This document shows positions 1-11,660 of a stretch of 64,000 nt of DNA, piece by piece. Every line of letters begins with the position of its first letter. Within the stretch, counting starts at the first letter, position 1. Where the stretch lies: assembly GCA_017654855.1 (NCBI GenBank), contig CM030338.1, positions 1,984,001 to 2,048,000 on the forward strand, written 5' to 3'. A program made the translations under genes and the position numbers. The notes under the pieces were generated by a model, which did not search any database, was not told the origin of the DNA, and was given only the letters and a program-made list of their open reading frames with translations. The DNA is from Podospora anserina (lineage: Eukaryota).

Positions 1-479
1 TTGGTGACAAGACTCAGGGTCTTGCGCAGTACTCCATCAAGAAGTATGCCGAGGCCTTTGAGGTCGTGCCAAGGACCCTTGCCGAGAGTGCTGGTTTGGA
101 TGCCACTGAGGTTCTGAGCAGATTGTATGCTGCCCATCAGAAGCAGGATGGTTGGTCTGCGGGTGTTGACATTGAGGTATGCTCTCCTTGCCCTTTTTGC
201 TACAGCTACAACTAACGTTTGATCCAGAACAACGACGGTACCTTCCTCCTGGATGCTGAGGAGGAGGGCATTCTCGACTTGCTGGTGACCAAGCAATGGG
301 CCATCAAGCTCGCCACGGAAGCTGCCCGGACGGTGCTCTCTGTGGATCAGATCATTGTTGCCAGGCAGGCTGGTGGACCCAAGCCTCCTGGACCCAACAA
401 GGTGAGTTCTTGTTAGATGATCGATGTGTCATTGATGACAGATGCTGACTTAGTATGACAGAACTGGGATGAGGACTGA
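1..479 (+). CDS. CCT8: T-complex protein 1 (CCT) theta subunit, 3' part (5' end outside window)
   Basis: Translation ...YSIKKYAEAFEVVPRTLAESAGLDATEVLSRL...WAIKLATEAARTVLSVDQIIVARQAGGPKPPGPNK/NWDED*, typical of the CCT8 C-terminus. Introns 177-227 and 402-461 have canonical GT, branch and AG signals. Confidence 0.93.
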
Positions 480-930
480 GGGACGTGCGCATAGCAAAAT
501 TACAAATGCTTGTGTGTGCTGGGTGGGAGTAGAAAAAGGATCAAATAACTGGGCGGATTAGACTAGAGTGAATTGAATGTACAATGTCCATGTCCAGACT
601 TATGCCGGAGTTTATGTTTGACGTTATCTGTAAGGGCCATAGAAATGTTGTTTTCAAGCCGGGTCACTATCAATTATCTCTTTTCTTATGATCAGACCCC
701 CCGTTTTGTTACCATCTCGCAACAGAAACAAAAGCCCCTTTATACATGCTCTACAAGTCTCTTTCACAGATTATTGTACATTCCCACCCAGATAGACCAG
801 TCACAAAACATTCCCCCCTATTTCCCCGAATGTTTTGCTTTTGTTTTTTGATGCCTTCCGCTTTCTTCCAACCAAAACTAAATCATACACATACATACAA
901 TGCCCTCCATCTCATGAGATGGGCAACTTT

Positions 931-2140
931 CTACCTCAACTCCACCATCCCCTTGACACTCTCCCACACACTCCTCGGCAGCACCTTCTCCATCTCCCTC
1001 TGCGTCAACCACCTAAACTCGGTCAGCCCCTGGGTATTCCCCGTCAGATCCGCCTGTCCAGCCATGATCCTCCCCTTGAGATAAAAAATCTTATCCCCCC
1101 TCTTGACGAGCTTCTTGGTCTCGGGTTCGATCTCGGGCTCAATCACCTGGTGAGCCACGGGCACACGGCCGACGACCCAAGTGTTCATGTTCACACCGGC
1201 CGCCTCCGCAAGCGCTCTCTTGGCAGTCTATTTCCTTGGTCAGCAACACACATCCTCACCAGTTTTAATGTAAGGAGGGGAAAAAACAAACATGATGTAA
1301 CGCCTCATCAGTCTCAACCTGCCCCATCGGAAACCCCCACTTCCCCTCCCTCCCCTTCTTCACAACAAGATAAAGCGTCTCGTCCAGCTTCCTATCCAAC
1401 CTAGTCTTATCCCCCTTCTCATCCGCCTCCGTCCTCCTCGGCATAGGTTTCTCCACCGGCACGATTTCTTCCGGGGCGATCAGTTCACCATCTTCACTGA
1501 CCCTGACCTCTGCGTCTTTGAGCAGGACTTCTGTCAGCGTCTCCGGGGAAGAGGCGGTGCTACCGACGAGAACCTCGTCGTTCCAGGCCATGCGGCCGCG
1601 GGGGTTGTACCGCCCGATGTCCTTGGCCGGCACGCCGTGACGCTCCTTGAGCTTGATGCGCCATTCGAGGTCGTGGGCGGTGTCTTGCTTGAAGTAGTAG
1701 TCTTTGCGGAAGGGGGCGACGAGGCGCTCGTTGAGGCGTTTTTGGTAGAGGTAAAAGGAGGATTCGAAGGGGGTGGGGAGGCGGGTTAGGAGGGGGGGGC
1801 GGGTGAGGATGAGGGCGGATTTGATGCGGTAGGGGGAGGGGCCTGGGCCAGGGGTGGGTGGTGGTTGGGTGGTTGTGGTGGTGGGTTGTTCTGGTATTGG
1901 GGAGGAGGGGGCGGTTGCTTCGGCTGCGAAGGTACGTCTAGGGAGGAGGGTGGTGGTGGTGGTTGTTGATCTGAGGAGGGGAGCGGCGGTGGGGGAGGAT
2001 CGTGCGCATTGGAGGCAGACTCTTTGTGAACCTTGTGAGAAATATCGTCAGTTCTGGATTTATAGCAAGAGAGTATACCAAGAACAAAACCTACCCCTCA
2101 GAAGAGCAGCCGCTCTTCTACCTGGCGCCGCCGACATCAT
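931..2140 (-). CDS. Mitochondrial large-subunit ribosomal protein mL46 (yeast MrpL17-like, Nudix-like C-terminus)
   Basis: Spliced ORF (introns about 2032-2094 and 1228-1291) with a basic presequence. Contains YRIKSALILTRPP, FESSFYLYQKRLNERL, RLDRKLDETLYLVV, WGFPMG and MNTWVVGRVPVAH. Confidence 0.85.
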
Positions 2141-4003
2141 GTTTTTATTTGTTCAATTCCTCCTCAGCAAGTCGGGTGCTGCCTTGGCTGTCCCCTTGTG
2201 TCGGTTTTCAAGTGTGGGGGGATCAAACTGCTTATCCTGCTCTCACCTCACTCAATCTTCAATTCCTCTCCTTTCACCAGCCAGGTTCGTCCCAAAGCCG
2301 CGAACCACACTTTCCCGTCAACTTTTTGCAGGGGAAGGGTCCAAGCTTCCCGCTCACCGCCTGCCAATTACCACCTAGCGTTGTCTACCCCACCAGGGGG
2401 TACTTAAAACTACTTTCCCGGCTGCCAAATTTTTTGAAACTTCTTTTCCTCCTCTTCTTCTTCTTCTTCACGGCACTTAATCCTTATCATCAGGGCATTT
2501 TATCTCTCCCAAAATCGTCATGATCATTAATCTGTGCCCAGAGAAGGGTTCGTAGCCCAGCAGCCTTTTTTCGCTAGCGGAGCCTGTTAATATGTTCTAC
2601 TGGGCCTCGTTAGATAGTCGCTGCTGACATTTCTTTGTGTGATTATTTGTGATTTGCTTTTGTGTGATTTTTGTCGTTGAGTCTGCCGAGTATCATGAGT
2701 CGCACGTAAATGCCATTGCTGTGACTGTAGGTATTCGGAAACAAGTGCCATCGTCCGGATTGACCACATACGTCAGTCTCGGTTATCAGTTGATTTTGGT
2801 TTGATGTTGAAGGATGAGGTGACCTTTTCCAGAGCTCGACCTGAGAGCGCGCCTACCCACACACACACACTCATTGCCAGTTTCATTGCAACTCTTGGAT
2901 GGCACATCGAAACTTGCAACATAACAAGCCCAGTGGTGCCTTGTCATAAGCACCCTGAACTGTGAGCGCCATGGAGCTATCAGATCTCTGCTGAGATCTG
3001 GACGTCTCACTGTGTCAAGGTTCACAATTGTCTTTGACTCTTCGCAACACAAGATTGCCCGCCTGTAGAGGAACTTGAAGCGATTATCATAACACTGAGT
3101 TTGTACCGTTACTTCGTCAATAGCTGGCTCGTCGCCGGCTTGTCATGTTCATTGTGCCGCTAGCTGTAGCTTACTTGAAATCGTATATGCGTTGCAAATC
3201 TAAAGTCCTCGGTGAAGACAATCAATCTCATGATTTCATATCGACGGTCTCAAGCAAAGTGAAGCTGTCATCTACTCACATATACATTCACAATTAAATA
3301 GTATCACAACATTATCACAATAATTACAGATTTACACCAACCCACATATCATTGCACACCATCCCCAACCAACAACACGCTCAGCCTCAACCCCTCAACA
3401 CATTCAATTCTCATCCACCCGCCTCACATATGATCCCCATCGGTCTATGTAATATTCATACATATAACAGCAAGCCTTGATCCCTAGTGTAACAGATATA
3501 TACATTTCCAGACCCTATCAAAAGTCGTCAACTCCCATCCGCCAGGCTATGCTAAGCACGAAAAAGCCAGTTACAAAACCCCATGCAACCTTGCGATTCC
3601 AGCTCCATCAACAAACGCCATTCAACTCCCTGATAGAAAACAGCAACAGACCAAGCGAAAGAAACGGAAAAACAAAAAGAAATGAGCTAGAATGATAAAG
3701 GATACCGATATTCCTTCCTCTTCTGATAAACACCTATTTATCTCCCTCTCGCCCCAACCAGATAAATGCTCAGCCGTTGGGTATCCTAGTCTGCCCATAC
3801 GTTTATGCCCAAATCGCTCCTTCCGATATGCTCCATGCCCATGGATGAAACGCCGTTTGTCATGAGAATAACTGCAAACCAGCAGTCGTTATCGTCGTGG
3901 TCGAATCTGTGATAATAATTTTAGTCGTCATGCGCCGCACCGTGCCGTGGCCCGTATATGAAAAGGTGAAACGAGTAATGATGCCTGCCCACTGATCAAA
4001 ATC

Positions 4004-6012
4004 TCAAGCCTTGAGCGAGGCGACTGCTCGCGCCACCTCTTGGGAAGCTGTCTTCTCCCAGCTCTGTTTTGTATCTTCAGTGACGGCCGAAGGATCCTTA
4101 ACTTCTTCGTAAATCAAACGCGATATGTCACGGTTGATCTTCTCGTATTGCTCCGCCGTGAGCTGTCGATCACGCCAGTGAGGGCGGAGGGCTGCCTTGA
4201 CGATGCTGTTGATACTTTGTTTGAGCTCAAGAGGCAAGGTGGGGCGTGTCGGCGACACGTTTTCGGACCTTGGCAGCACAGCCGGACGATTGCGCCGAGG
4301 CTGGGGCTGCCTAAGCTCCAACGGCCGTGGATGCTGGCGCCCGCGAGGTTCCGAGTCGCTATTCTCGGGCGATGATCGGTTGTCGCGATGTGCGTGCTTG
4401 TGTGGCGATGTGGCTCGGGAAGGTTTGATGGAACTGGAGTTCGATGATGACGCCCGCGTTGGTGAGAAGTTCGCTGGTGGGTAGATAGGGGTGATGTGTG
4501 AGCTGAGCGTCATGTGCGGGGAACTAGAGCGCACAGGGGGAGGGGTAATGCATCCTTGGCTGAGAGGAGAAGGCGAGCGAGCAGGTGACGAGACATCATT
4601 CGCACCCGGTATGGGTCCATAGATATGTCGGAGGGTTTCTTCGTCGGAAGGGGTACTCATCTCGACCTCCTTCAGGAGCGAGGATAGAAACGAAGGGGGA
4701 ATATCGGTCGTTGTTCGCGAGGCGGCCCCGGGGTTGGCTGGTGAAGTGCCATTTGACTGCTCGGGCCGGTTTGAAGGCTCTGCTTCGGCTCTTGCGGCAG
4801 TAGACGATTCACCATTTTGGGTTGTCGGCATTCGCCTTGTTCTTGGTCGCTTCAGCTTCCTTTCGGGCTCTGGGTGCTGTTCCTCATGGGGCTCGGCCGT
4901 GCCTGAGCGCGACTTTCTCTTCCTGCTCTCGGTGGTTTCCCTGGCCTTTTCCAACGCACCCCAGGCCAATGTCTCCTCGCGCGACTCTTGTGGGGGTGGT
5001 GGCGGCGGAGCTGGGCGAGCGAGAATCGGCATATTATTAACGAAAACATCTCTTGCCCCCAAGCGACTCGCAATGTTTAGGCGTTGCTGCCAGCGTTCGT
5101 GTTCCTGCCTTTCTCTTTCTCGTAGTTGCTGTGACCGGCGCAGGCCCTCAAAGACGACCTGATCGTCATCGTCCTGGTAGTCCAAGTCCAGCTCAAGGGC
5201 GTCCCAGATCCGGCCAGTGATGCGGCCCCAAGCACCCTGCCATTCATCGGAGCGAGCCCGCTGCCTAGCGCGCCGCATGCTGGCCTGGGTGCGAGGGAAG
5301 TAATACAGAGGGCGTGCGCTGTTCTCTTGGAGGCCATTCCCGGCGGCAGCAGGCTGGATGAGCTCGGGACCAAGTGAGTGAACACATTCCATACAAAACC
5401 AGGGGCCAGCTGGGATTCGGTCAAGGCCGATGCAGTGCGTGTGATAGCATGCATCGCATCCGTCGCAAAGTAAAAGGACCTCTTCGTGGTCTGCCGAGTT
5501 GCACACAGGGCAGGGGTTGCTGACCACCACTTCTTCTTCTGGATTCTCATCTGCCCACGCCTGTGGATCGAACTCGGGTACCTGCTTCTTGTCCTCGACT
5601 CGACGGGTGGACAAGTACTGGCCTAGTGAAGGGGATGCATCAGTAAACAATGCATTTCTTTCATGCTCAGGAAAGAAGGGGCAAACTTACCTCCGATTCT
5701 GTCATAGACCGTGACGACATGGAAGGTCTGGCGGCAGATGGGGCAGCTGTTTGCCTTTTCGCTCCATTCTCTCAGACAGACATCGTGTAGCATGTGCCCA
5801 CAGATGGGAATCTGTGCAACATGGTGCTCCCGGCCCTCGAGCGGGAGCTCTTGCTTGCTGTTAAGTTCAGCAAGAGCATCTGGATCGGTGACAGCAAGAC
5901 GTGCATGCTCGGCCTCGAGCTCCTTGGAGAGGCGTTGTTGGGCGGGCGTTGTTGCATCTGGGTTGCTTTCGACCTCTAGGTTCTCAAGACAGACGATGCA
6001 CTGGTCAGCCAT
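4004..6012 (-). CDS. RING-H2 and PHD finger protein (Asr1/PHRF1-like putative E3 ligase) with a C-terminal helical, possibly SRI-like domain
   Basis: N-terminal CIVC...CGHMLHDVC...CPIC RING. Intron 5623-5690. PHD CPVC...LLLCDGCDACYHTHC...WFCMEC. C-terminus IVKAALRPHW...QYEKINRDISRLIYE. Confidence 0.88.
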
Positions 6013-7739
6013 GGCGTTGGTGGATGGCGTAGTGAGCCGAAATCAAATTCCCCAAGCCCAAGTGGCGCTGGGGAGTCATGTAAATGATCTCCTCAGCAAC
6101 GGGTAAAAATCGTCAAAAAAAGGAGGATTGAGGAAGATGAAGAAGTGGAGAGTGACGTGAGACTATCAACTGGGTGAAATTCCACAGTCGTCGTGTCGGG
6201 TTGAGTACAGCTTGATTGCCTCGTGTAAGTGGTGCTGGTTGTGGTGGCGACGGGTGCAGTGAATGTGGTGGTAGGTGGTGGTAGTGTGGGTGCTGGAAGG
6301 TGGGAGGCGGTGCTCTGAGTGGACTGCTGGGATTCAAAGAGGGGTGCTCTGAAGAGTGGAAAGTGAGGAAAGGGAAGAAAGAAAGGCTGCGGGCCAGCGA
6401 GGTGCCTTTTTGGCGGCGCCCGTGTTAGCGCAGCGAAGCCGAGAGGCACGGGCCAATCAAGTGAGGATGCCGTCCACAGCTCAGGGTGACACTGGTACAC
6501 TTTCGGTACACTTTCCAGTCACGTTGTTGAGCTGTCGAGCGAGCTGACTGTGCTCCTTTCTGAAGAGGAAGCAAGTACCTTGATGAATAAGACCTAAATC
6601 GTCTTGGGGCTGCGATAGGGCTTAACCTTTCCCTACCAGCCACTCGATATCTGGCGATTTCGAGGCTTTGGTCTCCGGGACCCCACGAAGCACCATATGC
6701 CCGGGCCTGTGGGCTGATAGCGATGATGAAAGCAAGTGGGCACCGGGCAGCCTATTGTTGCAAATGAAGGCCTTATTCGAAACTCTCATAGAATAGAGAT
6801 TAGAATCATCAAATTGCAGCAATTGATTTGAACGAGGTCCCAACTTAGCGGATGTGGTATCCCCCTTTCCAATTATTGCCTTTTGCACCAGAATACTCCC
6901 TCACTTCTCCCAGAACAGAAGTGACGGAACGTTTGAGACAGCTGCCGCGTGCCAAGCCGACGCTGAGGATGTCTGCTCCGCCCTCCTCTTCCGAACCAGG
7001 TTCGCACGCTTCGCTGAAACCTGTGTGAACGCTGCTGCCTCCGAATTATTTGCTTCCTACGGAGTAGCCTGAGAGGCACCCCAGCGTGCCCATCATGCCA
7101 CGTTAGTGTAACCTCATCTTGTACCAACAGGTTCACAAACGTGGGGCGCTCAAGTTAGTCATCCTGCTGTAACTGTAAGCTCACATCCCAAGAGCCATAC
7201 ATTCACACTTCACTTATCGAGGGTCAACCCTCGATGAGTCTTCCGTCATATGACGTGGACCGGCGCAGCTGACAATCACCCCTACCCCCCAAATCCCCAA
7301 ACCATCTTCCCAAAGGCGGGGAACTGCGGTTTCATTGTCAAAGACTTGGCCTGAGCTCGGCGACGGGAATGCAGAAGCGGTAACTCGGGATACAAAGTAG
7401 CGAGACTGCGAAGCATCGAACGTCGAACATCGAAAGGAACAAAAACAAGGTGCCATGGCGAATCGTGACATTTGACATCTGCGCGCTCTAGAAGCTTGCG
7501 ATCGAGAAGTTTGCTCCCGACTATGGTCGTGTTGAGTGAGGGAGCGACGTGATGATGCGCTTCCCTTCCATACATCATTTAAGTGACAATCGTGAACGAG
7601 ACCGTGGACTCGCCGTTGCTCAAAGAATTCTCATTGATCGACCCGCCGTACCCAACGGCTGAAATTGTGTACTGCAGAGCCTCCGTTGTCCTTTTCCATG
7701 ACACCAAACCCAGAAGCCAAACCATGCCCATCAACGCAC

Positions 7740-8643
7740 TTAAACTTCAGTGATCTCGCGAAGTCTGCGGAGAGTCGACCGCATAGCGGCAGCAGCGGGA
7801 GTACTATCTTCGGTCAGCCGGTTTCCTGTTTGTAAGTTTTCCGAGGACGACATACGCAACGACGTAAGCACCACCAGCCATGACCTTCTTGCAGGACTTG
7901 CAGTTCCAGATACCGACGGAGGAGCGGCGAACGCTGTCCTTACCGCAGAAAGCTACACAATAGGTCAGCGATCCGTGCGACCTTGTTCGAGGAAGCCATG
8001 GGAGTAATGGCCCTCCACTATCAAAGAGGGGACATACTGCAGGTGTATCTGGCGTGCTGGGACACTTCCTGCTTCTTGACGAGCTTACGGAGCGAAGCAC
8101 CGTATCTGGGAGACAGTCAGCATCAAATCCACCTTCTTGCTGATAACCAAGTTCCAAAAGTCGAGTGGAAGCTTCGTCGAGGGGTCGGGTCGTATGGGGT
8201 GCTGGCCGCCGGTCGCGTTGCGAGTCTCAAAGAATTCAAGTTGTTGTTCATCGAATCGAGTTCTGGCTTCCAAAGCAGATAAACCCATCAAGCCAGGCAA
8301 TAGATTCCCAGGCAAAACTCCAACCTCAGGACCATCATCTGCCGTGGAAAGTTGCCATCGCGAGTTCCATCATTCCGTTGGCGGGTCTTTGGCGGGGTTT
8401 CTGAACTAGGATGCTGGGAAATGTTGGGAAATTCGCTTTCCTAGAACTCGGTGTCGTCGTCGTCGAAAAGGGCAAAGAGAAGGATTCAAAGCGGAAGAGT
8501 ATGGGCGACTAACCTTGTACCGTACTATTTTTGCCCCATTAGCGACTTTGTTCTCGCGACCGCAGCAGCAACCACAGGATCAGAGGGACAGCGATATTAC
8601 TTACCTTGCCGGAAATGCCGACCTTCTTCGTGCGCTTGGACAT
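7740..8643 (-). CDS. RPL43: 60S ribosomal protein eL43 (L37a), five coding exons
   Basis: Exons 8643-8605, 8524-8514, 8105-8038, 7952-7856 and 7803-7740 splice to [92 protein letters not shown]. Confidence 0.96.
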
Positions 8644-9357
8644 TTTGACTGATTATTGGGTTGGGATCTGGGTCGTGATCTCCAAGTACGAGTCGCTGGG
8701 CGTTCGGCGGGCAAGACGATTTTGATAAATGTGCAGGTCAATTTTTGGTGTGTGCCAGGGGGCCGCGCAGAGGAAAACTCGGAATCTAGGCGAAACCATT
8801 TTGCCGTTTTTTTCTACCACCAGCTGGGAGACCATGTGCGGGGCGGGGCACGCCAACCCCAATTATTATGGAGCCTTTTGCAGACTCCCGCTGCCAATAT
8901 TTCGGCCGTTGGCCAATGCGTCATTTGCCTGCCGGGGGTTTGTTCACCTGGAGCTGCCGTTTCGATCTTTGATCTTTGGCAACACAAGGAGCAATCAGGG
9001 AGAAAACCGGAAGCCGGTCCTTTGCCCGAAAGCATTGTGATACACCGTTCAGTTCCAAGTACCAGAGAGCTATTGACGGCGTTGATTGCCTATTCTGGCT
9101 CACCATATGTCTCCGATAACATCAGGACGGCACTTTCAGCTGTAAGACAGGGATCATAGCAATGATGCCCTTGATGAATGGTTGACGCAAAGCGGGTCTA
9201 TGCTCAAGCTCCCCTCCTACCCAGTAGCCCAAGTACTTGGGCATGTCCTTTGATAGAGATAGTCAACCCTCAATTCCACCCCTCATCTTATCTTTTCAAG
9301 GAACTTGCTCGTGTCGTTATTGAAAAAAAAACTTGAAGGAGGTGCCAACTCAACAAG

Positions 9358-10677
9358 ATGACGTTCAAAAATCACAGCCGCCAATACGACCTCGTCGTCT
9401 TTGGAGCCACAGGTAAGCTATCACCAGCAATATCTCACTCATGATCACAAACTAACACTCACCCAGGCTACACCGGCAAACTCACCGCAAAGTACATCAC
9501 CACTCACCTCCCCAGCACCCTTAAATGGGCCATCGCCGGCCGCTCCCAAGCCAAACTTGAGCTCCTCACCGAAGAGCTCAAAAAGCTCAACCCAGACCGC
9601 GCACCCCCCTCCATAGAAACCTGTTCCCTCAACGACACCGACCTCTCCTCCCTCGCCAAGAAGACCTTCATTCTCATCACCACCGTCGGTCCCTACTCCG
9701 CCCACGGCGAGCACGCCTTCAAAGCCTGCGCCCAAAATGGCACCCACTACCTCGACGTCACCGGCGAAGTCCCCTACGTCGCCGCCATGATCAAGAAATA
9801 CGAAGACACGGCCAAATCCACCGGGGCCATCATGATCCCTCAAATCGGCATCGAGTCCGCCCCTCCTGATCTCCTCACGTTCGCCCTGGCAAACACCCTG
9901 AAAGAGGAGCTCAACGCCAAAACCGCCGATGTGACTGTGTCCATCCACAACCTCAAATCTGCCCCTTCAGGCGGGACTTTAGCCACGGCTCTCACAATCT
10001 CAGATCACTTTCCCCTCCCTACGTTAATAGCTTCTTACAAACCATACGCCCTGTCTCCAGTCCCCAACCCAACCCGCGCCCCTCAACCAGGCCTCCTGAC
10101 CCGCGTCACCGGCCTCATCACCATTCCCCATTTAGGCCTCCTCACCTCCAGCATAGCCAACGGAACCGACACCGCCCTTATCCACCGCACCTGGGGCCTG
10201 CTGTCCACCCTCCCCTCTCGCCAATCTCAATCATACGGCCCTAAGTTCAGCTTCCGCGAATATATGAAACCACGGAATTGGCTCACCGGCATAGCTATCC
10301 ACTTTGGCCTCATGCTCTTTGGTCTTATCATTGTCACCGGACCCCTGAGGAGGTTCCTTGCGGGTAGGGTGACCCAGCCAGGGGAGGGTCCGGAAGAGGA
10401 TGTGGCGAGCAAGGACGAGATTGAGTATAGGGGTGTTGCCACGCCGGATGGGGATTTCGGGAAGAAGAAGGCGGTGGGGAAGGCGTGGTTTAGGGGGAGT
10501 ACGTATTATTTGACGGGGATGTTCCTGGCGGAGGCGGCGAGGACGATTTTGGAGGAGGGAGGGGAGGGGTTGGGGTTGGAGGGCGGGGTTTACACGCCTG
10601 CGTTGTTGGGGGGGGGGTTTGTCGAGAATTTGCAGAAGGAAGGGTTTAGAGTTGAGACAAGGGTTTTGGAGGATTAA
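9358..10677 (+). CDS. Saccharopine dehydrogenase-like oxidoreductase (SCCPDH / trans-acting enoyl reductase family)
   Basis: Rossmann motif YDLVVFGATGYTGK across intron 9413-9466. Also WAIAGRS, TTVGPY, HYLDVTGE, PSGGTLAT and GGVYTPA. Confidence 0.88.
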
Positions 10678-11660
10678 AGGGGGTCGTGGTTGTAATGGGG
10701 TGTAATAGATAGGAGAGGAGTTGGAGTTTATTTCGTAGGGACGGAAATGTTTCACGTACATATCTGGGCTCGATTTGGGCATAATTCTCAAGGTGTTAAA
10801 CTCCAGCCCATGTCCATGAACTGCGTACCTACCTATACAAGCACCTCACTGCTGTCGTCTGGGCTGCTGGTGGTTGCAAGACTTGGGAAACCTGTGATGT
10901 GATGGGTCTGCGTCTTTTTGGTATTTCATCGAGGTTTATACTGAGGTGGACTATGTTTGTGATTTGCTCGTCTTAGGTATTATGTAGGTGGCATGTCACC
11001 TCGTCGATGCAGGTACATGTCCTGTACTCATTTGGCAGGCAGATGAAGACATCCAGAGGTCTTGGAATATAGACAAATGTCATTAGGATAGAGATGTTAG
11101 GTATTGATTGTGCTCGACTGCCGGCTGCCATCTTTCTGTGGTCTGTTTTTTCACTATCATTATTTGACACCTTGAAACTGTCTAGGCAATGCTTTTCCTT
11201 GAAATGTTTGGTGGATGTGTCCTTGTAATATCTGGTAGCTATGTGACTTTGGATCTCCCATGCTAATGCTGCGAGACTTTTGGCAGGTCTAATGGATGGG
11301 TTAGAAGTTAAATTCTCTTGGAGATACTTGATTATATAGTTTGTGATGATGAGGTGTACCGAGCAAAGAAATGAAAACTAATCTGTTGTTGAACAAGAAA
11401 CGTATCAAGGTAAAGATGTCACGCGGGCAGAAAATAGAACGGGATTTAGAAACCCTTATAAATTGATACGTTTACGCTAGCTATGCCTGCCGAATGAATT
11501 GCATACTCGGCCTGCGTATGTTATAGAGATGTAAGATCTCGTAATGATATATGAGAAGTAAAAGTATCTAGGTACAATATCTGGCATTAAAAATCACCGC
11601 TCGAAATCCACCCCCAGATCATCTCTCTTGCTGCAGTTTTTTATGCATTTCGAGACTGCA

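Noticed and set aside
2587-3120. Short minus-strand ORFs between mL46 and the RING-PHD gene
   Set aside because: No motifs or coherent exon structure.
10830-11270. Possible decayed minus-strand coding fragment (WEIQSHIATRYYKDTSTKHFKEKHCLDSF...)
   Set aside because: Internal stop, no clear start and no family I can name with confidence.
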